NCBI GenBank assembly: GCA_963675515.1
Contig: OY776328.1
Span: 1,740,001 to 1,772,000, forward strand
Source of the DNA: Coprobacillaceae bacterium
GTDB lineage: Bacteria > Bacillota_I > Bacilli_A > Erysipelotrichales > Coprobacillaceae
Length of the DNA stretch: 32,000 nucleotides
Direction of reading: 5' to 3'
Below, one piece after another: positions 28,302-32,000 of the stretch; within the stretch, counting starts at the first letter, position 1, and every line of letters begins with the position of its first letter. The position numbers and the translations under genes were made by a program. The notes beneath the pieces were generated by a model. It saw only the letters and a program-made list of their open reading frames with translations. It had not been told where the DNA came from and made no database searches.

Positions 28302-28607
28302 ATGTTAAACAGTACTGTGGTTGTGGGCAAAATCGATGAGATTTTCAATAGTCGCGTCAATGATTTTGGCATCAAGGAAACAAGAATCATGATTAAAGTG
28401 GAACGAAGCAAGTATGTTACCGATCATCAGGTAATATTCGATTACATTCCAGTTGTCCTGAACGAAGGAAATGCAAACATGTTAAATGATTATTGCACTA
28501 TTGGCTCAATGATCGCCATCAAAGGGCGGCTTGACAATGATGAGACACACGGATTCAAACTGGTTTGTGAGAAGGTTTCATTTGTAGAGAATTATATTGA
28601 GCATTAA
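28302..28607 (+). CDS. SSB-like OB-fold protein, tail-less (paralogue A)
   Basis: 101 aa. MLN..VV.GK start, IKVER, IPVVL, GSMIAIKGRL and KLVCEKVSF follow the SSB OB-fold pattern. No C-terminal linker or acidic tip. Near-perfect SD. Confidence 0.75.
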   Translation: MLNSTVVVGKIDEIFNSRVNDFGIKETRIMIKVERSKYVTDHQVIFDYIPVVLNEGNANMLNDYCTIGSMIAIKGRLDNDETHGFKLVCEKVSFVENYIEH

Positions 28608-28708
28608 TTGATGATGTGAACAGATTGTGATTTAAATGAGAATAACTTTAAAGAGTGTTACAAGGAGGATGCAAGTGACATTGAAAAATTTTAAAGCAGG
28701 AGAGAAGA

Positions 28709-29014
28709 ATGTTAAATGAAACAACAATTGCCGGGGAAGTGGACACAATATATGATCTGCCGACGACAAGCACAGGAAAAAAAGAAACAGTTGTAATAAT
28801 TAAAGTAGAAAGAGACTTTCCTCGGGATCAGCATAAAGAAAAATACCTTTATGTTCCCGTAATATTATGGGAGGAACCGGCCTATACGGCAAAATCCATA
28901 TGCAAGAAGGGCAGCAAACTGGCGATCAAAGGCCGAATTTGCAGCGATGAGAAAAGTAAACTTAAGATTGTTTGCGAAAAAATCATCTTCATGGACCGAT
29001 ATTTTGAGAGCTGA
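28709..29014 (+). CDS. SSB-like OB-fold protein, tail-less (paralogue B)
   Basis: 101 aa. Ungapped 41/101 identity to paralogue A (hand count). Contains VPVILWEE, GSKLAIKGRI and KIVCEKIIF. SD AGGAGA. Confidence 0.75.
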   Translation: MLNETTIAGEVDTIYDLPTTSTGKKETVVIIKVERDFPRDQHKEKYLYVPVILWEEPAYTAKSICKKGSKLAIKGRICSDEKSKLKIVCEKIIFMDRYFES

Positions 29015-29033
29015 TAAGAATCTAAATTATTAA

Positions 29034-29062
29034 TTGTCATCACTTGAGCTTTTTGATATAAT
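29034..29062 (+). promoter_or_regulatory. sigma-A type promoter for lepA
   Basis: TTGTCA (29034-29039), 17-nt spacer ending in TGA, TATAAT (29057-29062). Confidence 0.6.
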
Positions 29063-29078
29063 CACTATGTGAAAGTGG

Positions 29079-30893
29079 GTGAACAGATTGACTTTAGATC
29101 AAAGTAGAATACGTAATTTCTCAATTATCGCACATATCGACCATGGCAAAAGCACCCTGGCCGATCGGATTTTACAGTTAACTAAAACAGTAAGCGAGCG
29201 AGAAATGAAAGCTCAGCTTTTAGATAGCATGGATTTAGAAAGAGAACGAGGAATTACAATAAAATTGAACGCCGTTCAATTGAAATATACGGCAAAGGAT
29301 GGCAATGAATATATCTTCCACCTTATAGATACGCCAGGTCACGTCGACTTCACATATGAAGTATCGAGATCCCTGGCAGCTTGCGAAGGTGCCATTCTGG
29401 TAGTTGATGCCGCTCAAGGAGTTGAAGCGCAGACTTTGGCCAATGTTTACCTCGCATTGGATGGCAACTTGGAGATATTGCCGGTAATCAACAAAGTCGA
29501 TTTGCCTAGTGCGGACCCCGAACGGGTCATCAAGGAGATTGAGGAAGTCATCGGCCTTCCAGCTGAGCATGCTCCGCTTATCTCCGCAAAAAGCGGTCTG
29601 AACGTCGAGGACGTCCTGGAGATGATTGTCAAGGAAATCCCGGCCCCGAAAGGGTCTATCGACAATCCGACTCAGGCGTTGATATTCGACTCATTTTACG
29701 ATGCCTACCGCGGAGTGATGGTTTTTGTCCGCATTGTTGAAGGTAAAATCAGAGTTGGGGACACAATCAAATTCATGGCTACCAATGCCGAATATGAAGT
29801 TGTCGAGGTCGGTGTCCGGACACCAAAGGAAGTCAAAAAAGATGAATTGGTCACAGGGGAAGTAGGATGGATATCCGCCTCGATCAAGAACATCGAGGAC
29901 GTTCATGTCGGGGATACGATTACAACATTGGAGAATGAAAGCAAGGTCCAGTTGCCTGGCTACCGCCAATTGAATCCGATGGTATTCTGCGGTCTTTACC
30001 CGATCGACAATGCCAGATACAAGGATTTGCGAGAAGCTTTGGAAAAGATGAAACTTTCGGATTCGTCATTGATTTTCGAGCCGGAAACATCACAAGCCTT
30101 AGGTTTTGGTTTCCGTTGCGGATTTTTGGGATTGCTCCACATGGATGTCATCCAGGAAAGGCTGGAACGCGAATTTGACCTGGAACTTATTGCAACCGCT
30201 CCATCAGTAAGCTATCATGTCTATTTGACTGACGGTTCAATGGTCGTTGTCGACAATCCTTCGCTTATGCCTGCGCCTCAGCTGATCAACCATATTCAAG
30301 AGCCATATGTCAAGGCATCTATCATGGCACCTGACGAATACGTAGGGGCCATAATGGAACTTTGTCAAAACAAGCGTGGGGAGTACGTCGATATCAAATA
30401 CATCGATGCGACGCGAAGAAACATTGTCTACAACTTGCCTTTGGCGGAGATTGTTTATGATTTCTTTGACAAACTCAAATCCTCAACCAAGGGTTATGCC
30501 TCTTTTGATTATGAAATGATCGGTTATCGGACAAGCAAACTCCAAAAGATGGATATCATGCTCAACAGCGAAATTGTCGATGCCTTGTCGACCATTGTCC
30601 ATAAGGATTTCGCTTACAACAAGGGCAAGGTCATCTGCGAAAAACTCAAGGAACTCATTCCTAGACAAATGTTCGAAGTGCCTGTCCAGGCGGCCCTGCA
30701 AGGGAAGATTATCGCCCGGACAACTATCAAGGCGATGCGCAAGAACGTCCTTGCCAAATGTTACGGCGGTGACATTTCCCGCAAGAAGAAATTGTTAGAA
30801 AAACAAAAAGAAGGTAAGAAACGAATGAAAGCGGTAGGGTCGGTGGAAATCCCCCAAGAAGCATTCATGGCTATCTTGTCTGTTGATGAATAA
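29079..30893 (+). CDS. lepA: Elongation factor 4 (LepA)
   Basis: Contains [32 protein letters not shown] and C-terminal [24 protein letters not shown]. The start is ambiguous: GTG 29079 or TTG 29088. Confidence 0.95.
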   Translation: MNRLTLDQSRIRNFSIIAHIDHGKSTLADRILQLTKTVSEREMKAQLLDSMDLERERGITIKLNAVQLKYTAKDGNEYIFHLIDTPGHVDFTYEVSRSLAACEGAILVVDAAQGVEAQTLANVYLALDGNLEILPVINKVDLPSADPERVIKEIEEVIGLPAEHAPLISAKSGLNVEDVLEMIVKEIPAPKGSIDNPTQALIFDSFYDAYRGVMVFVRIVEGKIRVGDTIKFMATNAEYEVVEVGVRTPKEVKKDELVTGEVGWISASIKNIEDVHVGDTITTLENESKVQLPGYRQLNPMVFCGLYPIDNARYKDLREALEKMKLSDSSLIFEPETSQALGFGFRCGFLGLLHMDVIQERLEREFDLELIATAPSVSYHVYLTDGSMVVVDNPSLMPAPQLINHIQEPYVKASIMAPDEYVGAIMELCQNKRGEYVDIKYIDATRRNIVYNLPLAEIVYDFFDKLKSSTKGYASFDYEMIGYRTSKLQKMDIMLNSEIVDALSTIVHKDFAYNKGKVICEKLKELIPRQMFEVPVQAALQGKIIARTTIKAMRKNVLAKCYGGDISRKKKLLEKQKEGKKRMKAVGSVEIPQEAFMAILSVDE

Positions 30894-30918
30894 CTCGGTA
30901 ACGAGTTATTTTTTTTTT
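30891..30918 (+). terminator. Rho-independent terminator after lepA
   Basis: 7-bp stem TAACTCG/CGAGTTA, GTAA loop, 10-T run (30909-30918). Confidence 0.85.
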
Positions 30919-30964
30919 ACAAGAATATAAAATCGAATTGCGCCGATTAAAAGTACGGTACTTA

Positions 30965-30993
30965 TTGACTTAAAAGACTATATATATTATAAT
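30965..30993 (+). promoter_or_regulatory. Orphan near-consensus sigma-A promoter with no downstream ORF
   Basis: TTGACT (30965-30970), exactly 17 nt, TATAAT (30988-30993). The SD-like AAAGAGGAG (31001-31009) is followed by no usable start codon or ORF. Confidence 0.5.
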
Positions 30994-31136
30994 CTTTTCG
31001 AAAGAGGAGCTAACTATATTTAAATCAAGTGTTTTTTGATAATTAGCTGAATTTATTGTTAGATTTTTGAAAAGTGAATTTGTGTACACTGAAAACAACC
31101 ACACAGTGGCCTTGGAATTTATTTTACAGTTGTAAA

Positions 31137-32000
31137 TTATTTGAGTTCCGATTCGTCAAACGTGATGTTTTCAGATAACAGTTTATAAATTACTCTTATT
31201 AGTTTTCTAATCGAATGTCCTTGAGCGCAGCGATGTGATTTACCTTGAGAACGTTTTAGGTTATAATAACTATTGAAAGTGGAGTTGTGGGTGCATACTG
31301 GAAGAATGCATTGGTAAAGTGTCTTTCTCAAATAACGTGAACCACGTTTTGACAAAGCAGTTTGTGGGGCGTTGTATTCTCCGGATTGATATGTTCCAGG
31401 ATCAACACCTGCAAAACCGATAACTTTAGCTGGGGAGCTAAAATTGTCGAGATCCCCAATTTCACTTAATATTGACATTCCTGAGTATATACCAATGCCA
31501 GGGATAGTAAAGATAGGAGAATTTAGTGCGATGGCTAGTTCTTCTATTTTTTTATCCACTATTTCCAAGTGCTGCTCAGATAAATCAAGGGATTCAATAA
31601 GCATTTTGATTTCCATGGTAATTATTTCGTTGTTCTCGCCGATTGATTGTTTAGCTGCTTCGCGAATTGCCAAGGCATCAACCTTCACAGTTCTACCTTT
31701 TCCTTGTTGCCGCAAGACATTTTTAAGATGAGCAAGATTGGCATTGGCTAGATTGTATGAGTTCCCAAACTCTCTTAAAATAGCCATGTAAGCCCGAGAA
31801 TACTTGGTTTTGAACCAACTGTTTATTTCAGGAATTACGGTATCAATGCACTTTTGAAGTCTGTTTTTAAGCTGGTTGATATCTTCAGTAAGTGTTGCGT
31901 GATACCGGGTAAGTTCTTTGGCTTGTTTCAATGCCAACTTGCGTTTTGTAACCTTGGTGTAGTTCTTGTCGAACAGCACAGAGCAGATCAGGAAAGTATC
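31137..32000 (-). CDS. IS110-family transposase/recombinase, C-terminal about 288 codons (N-terminus beyond window edge)
   Basis: Transposase_20-type motif IPGIGIYSGMSILSEIGDLDNFSSPAKVIGFAGVDPGTYQSGEY ... SKRGSRYLRKTLYQ. The reading frame stays open to position 32000, and the 'M' at 31979 is an internal GTG. Confidence 0.88.
   Translation of the reverse strand, partial: DTFLICSVLFDKNYTKVTKRKLALKQAKELTRYHATLTEDINQLKNRLQKCIDTVIPEINSWFKTKYSRAYMAILREFGNSYNLANANLAHLKNVLRQQGKGRTVKVDALAIREAAKQSIGENNEIITMEIKMLIESLDLSEQHLEIVDKKIEELAIALNSPIFTIPGIGIYSGMSILSEIGDLDNFSSPAKVIGFAGVDPGTYQSGEYNAPQTALSKRGSRYLRKTLYQCILPVCTHNSTFNSYYNLKRSQGKSHRCAQGHSIRKLIRVIYKLLSENITFDESELK
31137..32000 (-). mobile_element. IS110-family insertion sequence (partial). 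The 3' boundary lies somewhere in 30919-31136 and cannot be fixed from this window.
   Basis: Presence of the transposase gene on the strand opposite to all other genes, with AT-rich flanks. Confidence 0.65.

Noticed and set aside
28616-28629. Possible LexA (Cheo-type GAAC-N4-GTTC) box in GTGAACAGATTGTG, and in the copy at the lepA start.
   Set aside because: Only the GAAC half matches. The second half is TGTG or TGAC rather than GTTC.
31043-31062. CIRCE-like word TTAGCTGAATTTATTGTTAG downstream of the orphan promoter (hrcA-dnaK follows the lepA region in Bacillus).
   Set aside because: It does not match TTAGCACTC-N9-GAGTGCTAA beyond the first five bases, and it has no inverted-repeat symmetry.
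1-32000. Searched by eye for rRNA, tRNA, CRISPR repeats, riboswitch or T-box leaders, and DnaA-box clusters in all intergenic gaps.
   Set aside because: All gaps are short (10-296 bp) and AT-rich. I found no cloverleaf-like GC-rich segments, no regularly spaced direct repeats and no TTATCCACA-type boxes. The window has no aminoacyl-tRNA synthetase or biosynthetic operon that would carry such leaders.

Overview
Almost the whole window (1-30.9 kb) is one co-directional + strand block of core information-processing genes. It looks like a compacted version of the Bacillus-type 'rimM ... topA ... rpsB ... polC ... nusA-infB' chromosome region. In order: rimM-trmD, rplS, rbgA-rnhB, dprA, topA, trmFO-xerC, rpsB-tsf, pyrH-frr, uppS-cdsA-rseP, polC, rimP-nusA-ylxR-ylxQ-infB-rbfA. 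These are followed by an aldose-1-epimerase-family gene, a tightly coupled rsuA-trmB-thioredoxin-like-ytpR-like-(K/E-rich ORF)-acpS cluster, two small SSB-like genes, and lepA. PolC plus this synteny indicate a Bacillota-like (possibly reduced-genome) organism using the standard code, since TGA serves as a stop. The only - strand gene is a partial IS110-family transposase at the right edge (31137-32000). I see no rRNA, tRNA or CRISPR array, and no recognisable multi-gene defence or secondary-metabolite system. The best candidate for something undescribed is modest. It is a tandem pair of 101-aa, tail-less SSB-like OB-fold paralogues (28302-29014) behind an unusually long AT-rich, ORF-poor control region. 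Secondary points of interest are a promoter-then-terminator leader in front of rimP-nusA, an orphan consensus promoter plus SD with no ORF facing the IS110 element, and several terminators that abut the next gene's RBS with no room for a promoter. All coordinates of hairpins, promoters and repeats were hand-indexed from the sequence. All product calls rest on motifs I recognise, not on database searches.
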